Assembly: GCF_009914755.1 (NCBI RefSeq)
Contig: NC_060938.1
Reading direction: 5' to 3' (one strand)
DNA: 64,000 bases
Origin: the human T2T-CHM13v2.0 reference genome, Homo sapiens
A program made the translations under genes and the position numbers. The notes below the pieces were generated by a model, which saw only the letters and a program-made list of their open reading frames with translations, had not been told where the DNA came from and made no database searches. Positions 1 to 15,245 of this stretch are shown here, one piece after another. Numbering within the stretch: position 1 is the stretch's first letter; the number at the start of each line of letters is the position of its first letter.

Positions 1-217
1 TGTTACAATTGATGTACCAATGACAGACATGACATCTGGCTTGATGGGGCATAGCCAGTTGACCACCATTGATCAGTCAGAACTGAGTTCCCAGCTGGGT
101 TTGAGCCTAGGGGGTGGCACCATCCTGCCACCTGCCCAGTCACCTGAAGATCGTCTTTCAACCACCCCTTCACCTACTAGTTCACTTCACGAGGATGGTG
201 TTGAGGATTTCCGGAGG
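1..217 (+). CDS. TOX4: TOX4 internal coding exon (5' part outside window)
   Basis: Frame [28 protein letters not shown]...EDFRR; donor AGG|gtgagg at 217/218. Confidence 0.93.
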
Positions 218-539
218 GTGAGGCATTCCCTGTCAAAATCAATTCTGCTGTGATAGTCTGGGATAAAATTTTTGGGATACAGAGCCTAATCAGTATTCTT
301 TACCCTTGCCGTGCCATCTCCTCTGCTGTTTTCTGGGTATGGGGTTCCACCTCCCAATTTCCAGTTTATAATTCTCCTCTCAATCCCTATTCTTATTGGT
401 TCTCCATATTTGACTAATGTCTTTTAATGCTATTTCTATGATTTTTAGCATTTCTGAAAATTCCATACATGTGGCTAGTTTCCAGACATAATACTTGTCA
501 TTGTCCATTGTGTAATTCTCTCTTTTTTCTCTCCTACAG

Positions 540-770
540 CAACTTCCCAGCCAGAAGACAGTCGTGGTGGAAGCAGGGAAAAAGCAGAAGGCCCCAAAGA
601 AGAGAAAAAAGAAAGATCCTAATGAACCTCAGAAACCAGTTTCAGCATATGCTTTATTCTTTCGTGATACACAGGCTGCCATCAAGGGACAGAATCCTAA
701 TGCCACTTTTGGTGAGGTTTCAAAAATTGTGGCCTCCATGTGGGATAGTCTTGGAGAGGAGCAAAAACAG
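540..770 (+). CDS. TOX4: TOX4 exon: basic NLS and start of HMG box
   Basis: ctcctacag|CAA acceptor; [52 protein letters not shown] (TOX-type HMG box); CAG|gtgagc donor; 231 nt. Confidence 0.97.
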
Positions 771-885
771 GTGAGCAAATATTGAGGAACTAGTAGTGAA
801 TGTTCCAGAAGTTTTTAAAGAGATAAAAATTGAGGTTTTCTTTTTTCTTACATGTCCTTATCTAATATCAGCTGTTTGTTAATGA

Positions 886-1247
<362 letters not shown>

Positions 1248-1253
1248 TATTTA

Positions 1254-1901
<648 letters not shown>

Positions 1902-2189
1902 CTACCATTTCCCGCTTTTAAGGTGGAAACTGGAGCCCACTGCCCAGTTAAGGTCATATAACATTTAAGTGGTAAAGTTGAGACACAATCCAGGTTCTTT
2001 AACTCTTCCCATGTACTTTCCACTAATAATGTCTCCTATAATTCCTCATGTAGTGTCCTTCTGTTCAATTTTTAGATATTTAACTTTTCTAAGTCTCATT
2101 TTTTCCCCCATTTATAAAATTAGGCTATTACTTGATAAGCTGCATGCTGTGGCTAACTCTCAAATCCACTACCAAGTTTGGATTTAGAA

Positions 2190-2522
<333 letters not shown>

Positions 2523-2719
2523 TTAGAGTTTAAAAACTTTTTAGAGCTAGCCCAGATTCAAAGGAGGGGGAAATAGGCTTCAGCTCTTGAAGGGAGAAAG
2601 GTCATATGGGAGGAGTTCTTGTGGCCATCTTTGCAAACAATTTACCACATTCCATAAGGGAAAATATACTGGTTAGACACAGTCCCAGGCTAAGACACAG
2701 TTTTTGGATTAGGGTTTAT

Positions 2720-3078
<359 letters not shown>

Positions 3079-3096
3079 TTAAATGTAGCTATTCTC

Positions 3097-3415
3097 GGCC
3101 AGGCGTGGTGGCTCACGCCTGTAATCCCAGCACTTTGGGAGGCAGAGGCAGGCGGATCACAAGGTCAGGAGATCGAGACCATCCTGGCTAACACAGCGAA
3201 ACCCCATCTCTACTAAAAATACAAAAAATTAGCCGGGCGTGGTGGCGGGTGCCTATAGTCCCAGCTACTCAGGAGGCTGAAGCAGGAGAATGGCATGAAC
3301 CTGGGAGGCAGAGCTTGCAATGAGCCAAGATCACGCCACTGCACTCGAGCCTGGGCGAGAGAGCACGACTCTGTCTCAAAAAAAATTAAAAAAAAATAAA
3401 ATAAATGTAGCAAAA
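3097..3415 (+). mobile_element. Alu (Y-like)
   Basis: TSD taaatgtagctattct. Confidence 0.9.
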
Positions 3416-3661
3416 TAAAATAAATGTAGCTATTCTTGCCAGACTCCTGTCGATTGGTTGTCTTTCAGAGGTATGCTCAGTGGAGTGAGTCTGCCATGGA
3501 GGTTGTCTTGACTGTTAGCTTTCAGAATTGAATTCACTGATAGAGGTTGTCAGTGATTAGACTAAGATGAATTGTCATTCATTGATAAATAATACAGAAC
3601 TATCAGTCTTTCCTAAGAGTATGGGGAGTTTTTTTTTTTTTTTAAAGTCTCTTTTTTGCAG

Positions 3662-3742
3662 GTATATAAGAGGAAAACTGAGGCTGCCAAGAAAGAGTAT
3701 CTGAAGGCACTGGCTGCTTACAAAGACAACCAGGAGTGTCAG
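3662..3742 (+). CDS. TOX4: TOX4 exon: end of HMG box
   Basis: ttttgcag|GTA; [27 protein letters not shown]; CAG|gtaaga; 81 nt. Confidence 0.95.
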
Positions 3743-3873
3743 GTAAGAGGGATAGGATAGAATGAATATTTAAACCAGTAAGAAGTTTTTTGGAAGTGTT
3801 TGTTAGCAGTTTTAAGAAGTAAATACCACCAAGTGATTGATTAATTGATAGATTGATTTATGTCTTCTTTTAG

Positions 3874-4623
3874 GCCACTGTGGAAACAGTGGAATTGGAT
3901 CCAGCACCACCATCACAAACTCCTTCTCCACCTCCTATGGCTACTGTTGACCCAGCATCTCCAGCACCAGCTTCAATAGAGCCCCCTGCCCTGTCCCCAT
4001 CCATTGTTGTTAACTCCACCCTTTCATCCTATGTGGCAAACCAGGCATCTTCTGGAGCTGGGGGTCAGCCCAATATCACCAAGTTGATTATTACCAAACA
4101 AATGTTGCCCTCTTCTATTACTATGTCTCAAGGAGGGATGGTTACTGTTATCCCAGCCACAGTGGTGACCTCCCGGGGGCTCCAACTAGGCCAAACCAGT
4201 ACAGCTACTATCCAGCCCAGTCAACAAGCCCAGATTGTCACTCGGTCAGTGTTGCAGGCAGCAGCAGCTGCTGCTGCTGCTGCTTCTATGCAACTGCCTC
4301 CACCCCGACTACAGCCCCCTCCATTACAACAGATGCCACAGCCCCCGACTCAGCAGCAAGTTACCATTCTGCAGCAGCCTCCTCCACTCCAGGCCATGCA
4401 ACAGCCTCCACCTCAGAAAGTTCGAATCAATTTACAGCAACAGCCTCCTCCTCTGCAGATCAAGAGTGTGCCTCTACCCACTTTGAAAATGCAGACTACC
4501 TTAGTCCCACCAACTGTGGAAAGTAGTCCTGAGCGGCCTATGAACAACAGCCCTGAGGCCCATACAGTGGAGGCACCTTCTCCTGAGACTATCTGTGAGA
4601 TGATCACAGATGTAGTTCCTGAG
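3874..4623 (+). CDS. TOX4: TOX4 exon: Pro/Gln-rich region with poly-Ala
   Basis: ttttag|GCC; matches ORF 3880..4641; GAG|gtgagc donor; 750 nt. Confidence 0.96.
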
Positions 4624-4774
4624 GTGAGCCTTTGTTTTTAAGTCTTTAGTCTAGTGGAAATGTATAAAAATGTTTTTGGTTGACCCAATAACAGTGGGGG
4701 TTGCTACTAGCATTTAATGCCCAGCAACCAGGAGCACAAAACATCCTGCAGATGGGAGTTCCTTGCAGCAGTGA

Positions 4775-5416
<642 letters not shown>

Positions 5417-5677
5417 CATAGTGTTTTTAGTGAGATACATTAAGACAGTCTTCTGCCCCAGACCACTCCTTAACTAAGCAGAGGTCACTAGTTCAACTGG
5501 ACAGGATATAGCCTAAACAGTTATTATTCAGAGTTGTTACCCAAGGATCCTAAACTTTGGACATGCAAAGCTTTTCATTTCTCCTAGGTCTTAAGTTCCT
5601 TAGCTTGATGTTTTAAATGTGTGTGGGGCAGGGGGTATAGGCAGAAAAATTTAATTGGTTCATACCGTTGTTTTTTA

Positions 5678-6311
<634 letters not shown>

Positions 6312-6596
6312 CTATTCCCACTGCTTGACTAGCCAGGCTTAACAGGGAAAAAAAAAGCATTAGCACATGGCCACCTTTCTCCTGATGGGAAGAATCTTCC
6401 ACCATTCTGCTTGGCAAAGTTCTGAAGCTGGACTATAGAGGGGAGACCAAGAACTCACCTTCTTCTGCAGTTTTGCCCCCCAGTGTGAGGAATTCTAATA
6501 CCTGTTGCTTCATTGGTTTCTACAGATAATTTAGCTAACTAGCTAGCTAGGCAGGGAGCAATCTAATCCACCTTGGTACTCTTCTTCTTCTCACAG

Positions 6597-6760
6597 GTTG
6601 AGTCTCCTTCTCAGATGGATGTTGAATTGGTGAGTGGGTCTCCTGTGGCACTCTCACCCCAGCCTCGATGTGTGAGGTCTGGTTGTGAGAACCCTCCCAT
6701 TGTGAGTAAGGACTGGGACAATGAATACTGCAGCAATGAGTGTGTGGTGAAGCACTGCAG
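6597..6760 (+). CDS. TOX4: TOX4 penultimate exon: Cys-rich putative zinc-binding motif
   Basis: tcacag|GTT; [14 protein letters not shown]...[30 protein letters not shown]; AG|gtgagc; 164 nt, phase 2. Confidence 0.95.
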
Positions 6761-7380
6761 GTGAGCTTACAGTTCTCCCTTTTATAATTCAGCTACTGGT
6801 CAATTCTACTGGGAAACATAGGAATCTTGAGCATAAAATCAGCATCTCAGTGTCACCTTACCTTAGGTAGAGTAGGTTGCTGTATCTGGTCTACTAGAAA
6901 AGCTCCCCTGCTTAAGAGCTTACATTTGCCACATAAGCCAAAGATGATGTAATCAGCAGTTCACATTTTTCAGTTACCACATACCTCTCTTATGTATGCT
7001 CTTTAAAAATATAATACATTAAGCTGTTAGTGTTTGCAAATATTAGCTTTTCAATTCTTGGTGCAAATCAGACTACTTAGGGAACTAGAATTTGGGGAGA
7101 AATGGTAAGTGGAAAGTAACACATAATAATTTGCAATTTGTGAAGGAAATGGGGAGATGGTTGGAATATTTTACCCCTCTCCCCAAATTTTCCTGGGAAT
7201 TTCCTATAGCTGTAGGACAAGGCATTTCTATTTCCTATTTCAAAAACTCTGCAGTAAATTAGCATTGCCTCTACTTCTGACTTTTAAGCCCACTGTTCTT
7301 ATATTTTCAAGGTGATACTATCTCACCATAATGCTGTAGGAAATTATCTGGGAACCTATTTGTTTAAGACAGATAAAAAA

Positions 7381-7845
<465 letters not shown>

Positions 7846-7914
7846 TGTATCTAGGCTGTAATTCTATTTCAGTTTGTGTATAATTCTGTTTGTGTATGTC
7901 TTTTTCTCTCTTAG

Positions 7915-7975
7915 GGATGTATTCTTGGCCTGGGTAGCCTCTAGAAATTCAAACACAGTGGTGTTTGTGAAATAG
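7915..7975 (+). CDS. TOX4: TOX4 last coding exon
   Basis: ctcttag|G; (R)DVFLAWVASRNSNTVVFVK-TAG; phase matches previous exon. Confidence 0.94.
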
Positions 7976-8852
7976 TCCTTCCTGTTCTCCAAGCCAGTGA
8001 AGAGTTATCTGCTGGGAAAGTGTCCAAGAGCCTGTTTTTGAAACACAAGCTGGGCTTCTGGTAGTGCCTCATCACAACCCATGATGGCTGTTCATGTTTC
8101 ACCCCTTTTCTTCCTTCAGCAGAGGCCAGGCTATGGAGCAGGGCCACTGAATTTGCTGTAATCTGGAGATGCTTTTTACTTTCAACCATAAGCGGTAATA
8201 GCAGAGGAAAGGGTGAAGGGAGTCTGGGCAAGCAAAGCATAGAGATGGTGGGGTGGTGGTGGGGTTGAAGAAACTTGTTGGTATAATTGTCATAGGACTT
8301 GCCTAAAATATTATTAAAATTACGGGAGTGTACTCAGCTTTGAGCCTAGGAGAAAATGCCACTGTGTGCATCCATTTTAAAGGGTTCCCTCATAAAAAAA
8401 TGTTATTCCCCATTATCACATCAGTACACTGCTTTGAAAACAAAACTTTTCAACATGGGCATACTGGGCTACATGGAAAATGACATCACCCAGGAGTGAT
8501 TTCTCTTTATATATATTATTTCTGCAGTTACCATCCTTATCTGAGTTATCACAGTTCATGAATCTAAGAGGCGGAACTCTACATCATTAGTAAGAGGTTC
8601 CACCAAAGTCTAAAGTTGTATTCACTTGTGTTTGATGAACTATCTTTAAAAGACCATAGGTCTATCATTATTTCTTAGACATAATCTAAAGAAAAACAGA
8701 CTAGAGAAGCCACCTGGTTGTAACAGAATAAGCAGAAGTTTACAGCATGATAGTCCAAGTGGTGATAACTTTAAATAAAACTCAAATTTTTACTGTTTGT
8801 AGACAGGAATGCTGTCCTAGAGAACCTCCTCCTCAACCAGCTACGTACATAG

Positions 8853-9359
<507 letters not shown>

Positions 9360-9521
9360 TTAATGTTTCCCATGCACTCATTTAGTTTGAACCTTCACAG
9401 CAACCCAATGAGGTAATACTCCCATTTCACATATAATACTGAGAGATGAGTTGCACAAGATTATACACTGTTAAGTAGCAGAGCCAGAATGGACTTCAGA
9501 ATCCCAACTACAATACAAATG

Positions 9522-9527
9522 TTTATT
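9522..9527 (-). terminator. METTL3: METTL3 polyadenylation signal AATAAA
   Basis: tttatt on +, about 95 nt past the METTL3 stop, followed on - by a GU-rich tract (tttgtattgtagttggg). Confidence 0.8.
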
Positions 9528-9621
9528 TAAATAAAGAAGAAAGCTATTGTACAAATATCACTCTTCAGGTTTAGCTTACAGAGCCATGGCTATGGATTCT
9601 TAGCTCTGTAAGGAAGTGCTT

Positions 9622-9733
9622 CTATAAATTCTTAGGTTTAGAGATGATACCATCTGGGTACCTTTGCTTGAACCGTGCAACCACATCTGGGTCTAGTAGG
9701 TGGATCCCATCCAGTTGGTTTCCAAGGGTGATC
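9622..9733 (-). CDS. METTL3: METTL3 exon 11 (stop)
   Basis: tttcag|G; ITLGNQLDGIHLLDPDVVARFKQRYPDGIISKPKNL-TAG; completes the 1743-nt ORF. Confidence 0.96.
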
Positions 9734-10388
9734 CTGAAACAGTGTAAAAGGAGGGGCAAACCAGAAATCCTGGAATTAGAGGGTTTAATATTGTTAAAAA
9801 ATGCATACCAAATGAAGACTGCCTATCATCATATCAAATATGCCAATTCTAAAAAGAGCTTAACATTAGAATAGTATATGGTAGAATTACTAGTTCAGAA
9901 TTGGCATAGATTCTGGTGTTAAAATAGACTGGATCTGTATTATCTGAGGGTTAGTAACTAATGCTTAGCCAGGCCTGCTTCACAGAGTTGCTACCAGGGA
10001 GTATTCTTTGGATAAGCAAAATGCTAGCAGCATGTGTTTTAAGCTCTGTTAAGGGGTGAAAGATGTAATTATTGACAGATTAAATAGATAACTTCGTAAC
10101 CACCAGGGGGCAGATTCAATACATCACAGAATGGCTGAGGAAGATCCTTGGGTTGTGAAGAGAGTAGAAACCCTAGGGAGCAGTGCTTTTGGGTCCTAGA
10201 ACCTGTTGAGTTTCTAATGAATATTTGTAGAATCTCATAAAACAGTTTAAATACAAGCTTAAGTGGCTTATGAATCCTGTGAAGCTCATTTATGGACTAG
10301 TGTAAAACAATGTGAAGCTCTACTAAGTTCTGTCCTTAATCATAAATAATAGACCCTTGAGGACTAGCCTGTTCTCTGGTCACCTTAC

Positions 10389-10501
10389 CAGTTGGGTTGC
10401 ACATTGTGTGGTCGTCCAAATAACTCAATCTTGCGAGTGCCAGGAGATAGTCTTTCAATCATGCCATAGATTTCATCTGGTTTATGACTGGTGGAACGAA
10501 C
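10389..10501 (-). CDS. METTL3: METTL3 exon 10
   Basis: [37 protein letters not shown]; AG/GT boundaries; 113 nt. Confidence 0.96.
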
Positions 10502-10507
10502 CTAGGA

Positions 10508-10513
10508 AATAAA
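10508..10513 (+). terminator. TOX4: Candidate distal TOX4 poly(A) signal
   Basis: AATAAA followed by CA at about 10535-10538 and U-rich downstream sequence (tttctattatgtttatg). Confidence 0.55.
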
Positions 10514-10669
10514 AACTAGCTGCTTTTTAAGTTACACAAGATTGCAATTCTAGCCCTTTCTATTATGTTTATGATCTAAATGAGAAAAATCTGGGATGAG
10601 AATACACCCAACATGAATAACTGATACCAACAAAAATGTGGAAGCTTTGGAGGCCTGAGAAGCACATAC

Positions 10670-10735
10670 CTCAGCTACGATCACATCACAATCCAGACCC
10701 TGGTTGAAGCCTTGGGGATTTCCTTTGACACCAAC
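10670..10735 (-). CDS. METTL3: METTL3 exon 9
   Basis: VGVKGNPQGFNQGLDCDVIVAE; GAG|gtatgt; 66 nt. Confidence 0.95.
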
Positions 10736-10855
10736 CTGCTCACCACAGATAACAGATTACCTTATGAAACCACACCTTTGAACTTTTTCTCAGTAAGAAA
10801 TCAAATGATTCTTCTTTGTGCTCCACCTATTGAATTGGGCCCCACTGCTGCTCAC

Positions 10856-10964
10856 CAAGCAGTGTTCCTTCCCATGGTTCAACCAGTGACCTGTACGGCC
10901 TGTCCGAATGATGCGTTGCAGTTGATTTGTCTTCACCCAAATAATTTCATCTACCCGTTCATAC
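10856..10964 (-). CDS. METTL3: METTL3 exon 8
   Basis: [36 protein letters not shown]; TTG|gtgagc; 109 nt. Confidence 0.96.
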
Positions 10965-11127
10965 CTGTGGGGCATAAAAAAGAACTAGAATTTTAGCCAA
11001 ACTTTTACAGTTTAGGGGTAGTACCATTTATAGAAGCAAGGAATCACAGAATAGTCTGGGAGAAGAGAACATGTATCTCACTGTAACAGTATTACCCTCA
11101 AAAGAAAGCAACACAACCACTACTTAC

Positions 11128-11166
11128 CCCCAGAGGTTTAGACATTCTCTCCCCAACTCCATGGCC
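11128..11166 (-). CDS. METTL3: METTL3 exon 7
   Basis: ttctag|G AMELGRECLNLW GG|gtaagt; 39 nt; phases fit neighbours. Confidence 0.93.
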
Positions 11167-11441
11167 CTAGAAAGAAATGAGTTAAACAACTATTTGTATG
11201 CCCATATTTTTTTTCCCTTCAAAATATGTGATGTGTTAAAAACACTATAAACACTTTTTCAGTAGACGCTCAGTGAACATTTACATGCACACCACCAAAA
11301 GCATGGTGGATCTAAGAACGAAAAGATAAAACTATGCTCAACAACCTTACCTTTCTCAAAGAACAAATGTAGAGTTAAATATATATTCGGGGTAAAATTT
11401 GCATTGTAAACAGGCATTAGGACTCAGTAGAAAAAAAGACT

Positions 11442-11742
<301 letters not shown>

Positions 11743-11858
11743 GACTAAATCAGTCATACATTTAATAGTGGGGCTAGGAAAACCCAGGATTTTATCTCCC
11801 ATTCAGTATTCACTCTTGTACTGTATCTGTCCATACCTACATAACTGAATTGCATTAC

Positions 11859-12046
11859 CTGCCTGTGACCCAGAGGAAGAGAAAGCCATCATCCTGTAGT
11901 ACGGGTATGTTGAGCCTGCGCATCTCATCATCTGTCAGGGTCCCATAGGGCAGTTCCATGTGAATATCCCAGGGTGGGTCAGCCATCACAACTGCAAACT
12001 TGCCCAAGATACTGACGTCCAGGTAGCGGATATCACAACAGATCCA
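11859..12046 (-). CDS. METTL3: METTL3 exon 6 with catalytic DPPW motif (MT-A70 family)
   Basis: [36 protein letters not shown]...FLWVTGR; 188 nt. Confidence 0.98.
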
Positions 12047-12276
12047 CTGCATAAAGTGGTATTTGGTCATCTTCCCTACTTTAACTCTGAGATTCATGGC
12101 CCGAGTCCCTCTTTTCCATTTGATTTTTCCTATTCCCTTAAAAGCTTATCTATCCCCCTCCATTCCCAATAAGCAAGACAAGATTGCTGAATTATGCTCT
12201 GCTTTCTTAACGTGTATGGCTGCCCTATCAAACATAAGTCCGTAAGTTGAGACGAGTTTTCTGAGCAGACAGGTAC

Positions 12277-12493
12277 CTGAGGTGGGAAGAGTCGGTCTGC
12301 ACTGGAATCACCTCCGACACTCTGTGTAAGAGCAAGCTCCTGGCTTGGCGTGTGGTCTTTGCTGCCAGGGGCCTCAGAATCCATGCAAGCATCAATTTCA
12401 TAGTGAACATACTTGCAGGTATCCATGTGGAAACATGTATTAAGGAAAGAGCAGTCACCTAAAGACTCATCAGTGTGTTTATTGATAATTCGT
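12277..12493 (-). CDS. METTL3: METTL3 exon 5 (second CCCH zinc finger)
   Basis: RIINKHTDESLGDCSFLNTCFHMDTCKYVH...LFPPQ; CAG|gtacct; 217 nt. Confidence 0.96.
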
Positions 12494-13091
12494 CTGGGAA
12501 AATAAAAAGGGAGAATCAAGATGGTGCTCCAGATGTAGATCCAACAGTTCAAATTCCAAATGATTTCAAAATGTCTATTTTATTACCCTCCCCTAATTCT
12601 ATCATTAGAGCTTCCTTCAAGAGTTTTAAGGGAGGCAGGTAGCATGGAAATCCATAATTCATACTACAGAACAATTGTAATTCCTCTCTGAGTAAAGACT
12701 TGGTTTCCTGTTTTACCACTGGAAGGCAAGCAGTGCAGGAGACTTGGGTAGAACAGAATAAAACACTGACCTAAGAGTTTAGGTTCCTTTTCTCCTAAGA
12801 TTATCCTCCTTTCAGAGTACTTTAACTTTCACTGTGGCTCAGAGACAGACATACTTTGCTATTCTAAGAGGGAGGGAGCTTTTAAAAAAAAAATCTCAGT
12901 TATTTGGGAGTACAGCCTGTATTCTTCCCACACAATGCACTTCTGAAAGTACACCTTCAGGGTCTGGAGGACTTACACAAACCATAAACTAAATAAGATT
13001 ACAGACAGAACCCCAATGACTGGAAGGAATATGCTGAAAAGGAATGGCTGCTTCTGACAAACCCATCCCACCTCATTCCCTTCCAAGAGAC

Positions 13092-13267
13092 CTGAAGTGC
13101 AGCTTGCGACAGGGTCGATCAGCATCACTGGCTTTCATGCACTCCTCCTTGGTTCCATAGTCACAGAATTCTTGCACTTGGGCCCGACCTCGAGAGCGAA
13201 ATTTTTCAACAATGGATTGTTCCTTGGCTGTTGTAGTATTTAATAGCTCTAGGATCTCCTGACTGAC
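13092..13267 (-). CDS. METTL3: METTL3 exon 4 (first CCCH zinc finger)
   Basis: VSQEILELLNTTTAKEQSIVEKFRSRGRAQVQEFCDYGTKEECMKASDADRPCRKLHF; 176 nt; donor AG|gtctct. Confidence 0.95.
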
Positions 13268-13375
13268 CTGTGACAGAAGTAGCCTTGGACTTAAAATGTC
13301 TTATAGATCAAACTGGCTCTTAGACCAACTCCGCAAATTCTTTTTGACATTAATGTCTTCTAAGAGATAAATCAA

Positions 13376-13690
13376 CTTTTTTTTTTTTTTTTTTTTTAAG
13401 AGATGGGATCTTGCTGTCACCCAGGCCAGAGTGTAGTTGTGTAATCATAACTCACTGTTTCTCCCACTGAACTCCCAGGCTCAAGTGATCCTCCCAGCTC
13501 AGCCTTCAATTGTAGCTGGGAATATAGGTGCGTGACACCATGCCAGCTAATGTTTTAATTACTTTACTTTCTATAGGGATAGGGTCTATGTTGCCCAGGC
13601 CGGTCTTGAACTCCTCGCCTCAGGTGATCCTCGCGCCTTGGCCTCCCAAAGTGTTGAGATTACAGGAATGAGCCATTGTGCCTAGACCTA
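13376..13690 (-). mobile_element. Alu (J-like) in METTL3 intron 3
   Basis: Diverged dimer. Confidence 0.85.
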
Positions 13691-14224
13691 AATTAGCTAA
13701 CTTAATATTGGAAAATTGGAGCCTTCAGATAAGAGATTTGTTAGGGGTTCAGTCCTTCCTCACAAATATGCATTTGGGATGAAATTAAAATGGAAGAGGC
13801 CTGGTTCCTACCGCTAAGCATTATGTTAACATCCCCTCCCCAGGAAGGCATTCCTTCTACAAAAAACATATTTACTGGGTGCTGAACTAAAAAGTATAGT
13901 GCTAAACACTTTACTTTTTAGCTCAGAGTCTATTCAATTCTATAAGGCAGGATACGCTGGTATTATCTTCATGTTACAGATGAGAAGACTAAGGCTCAAG
14001 AGAAGTTAATTAACTTGTTCAAACTCACGCACTAGAAGTACCAAACAGATAAGAACTCATGTCAGGCCAATACTTATACTCAGAACCAATTCACATTATT
14101 TAGTCAATTTCCATAATTGGTCTAGTATTCCTCTCCATTCATCTCCCTATATTTCTATATATTTGGATTCCTCTTCTCTTGATCCAATTCTTTCAGATTC
14201 AGTGACAGATTATCTAAATAAGAA

Positions 14225-14444
14225 TTTGTCGACATTGGCATTGTTGACACTTTGGGACAGACAACTGTTTGTTGTGGGGGTTTGTCCCACTATGCACTGT
14301 AGGATGTTTGACAACATCCCTGGCCTCTACCCCCACTAGATGCCAATAGCACTCCCCCATGTGTGACAATAAAAATGTCTCCGGACATTACCAGATCCCC
14401 TGGGAGTTGGGCAGTAGGGAATCATCCCCAGTTGAGAACCACTG
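14225..14444. mobile_element. MER20-like hAT DNA transposon fossil
   Basis: tgtgacaataaaaatgtctcc...gttgagaaccactg terminus typical of MER20. Confidence 0.75.
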
Positions 14445-14536
14445 CTGTAAACAGTTCCTTGCCCTAGGGGTAAATCCCTGTCAAACAAAGCTATAATTAA
14501 GAGCATATTGTGAGAGTATTTTCACATGACCCCTAC

Positions 14537-14941
14537 CTTCTTGCTCTGTTGTTCCTTAGTGGACTGTTGGTTCAGAAGGCTCTCTATCTCCAGATCAACA
14601 TCTGAGGCAGCATGTTTCCTTGATTTCTTGGCTGGCTCCTTTGCTGGTTCCGATGCTGAAGAGTTCAGACCAGAGACTAACGAACTGGCAAAGGCAGCTA
14701 CTGTAGTCGAGTCCTGTTCTGCACGCCGCTTCTGCCCTGTGACAGTCCCTGCTACCTCCCCAGGGCCCTTCTTTTCTGCCACAGCACCCATCATGGCAGA
14801 GAGCTTGGAATGGTCAGCATAGGTTACAAGAGTAGGATGTGCATCATCTTGTAGGAGACCTCGCTTTACCTCAATCAACTCCTGAGCTGCAAACTTCTGC
14901 AGGAGGCTTTCTACCCCATCTTGAGTGGCAGGAGCATCTGG
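14537..14941 (-). CDS. METTL3: METTL3 exon 3
   Basis: PDAPATQDGVESLLQKFAAQELIEVKR...AKKSRKH...QQSKK; AAG|gtaggg; 405 nt. Confidence 0.96.
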
Positions 14942-15027
14942 CTAGAGAAGGAGGGGAGGTATGGGCAATAAGACACTGACCGTGAACTGAAAATAAGTGG
15001 TAAATCCTAACTCTGTCAGGTCATTAC

Positions 15028-15245
15028 CGTGGAGATGGCAAGACAGATGGACACAGCATCAGTGGGCAATGTTAAGGCCAGATCAGAGAGGTGGTGTAGC
15101 AACTTCTTCTCTAACTCAGGATCTGTAGCTAATTCAGGAACTGCTGAAGCTGTGCTGGGCTTAGGGCCACCAGAGGTGGGTGCAGTAGGCACTGGGCTGT
15201 CACTACGGAAGGTTGGAGACAATGCTGCCTCTGGATTCCGTAGAT
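15028..15245 (-). CDS. METTL3: METTL3 exon 2
   Basis: cttag|AT; LRNPEAALSPTFRSDSP...LAIST; ACG|gtaatg; 218 nt. Confidence 0.96.
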
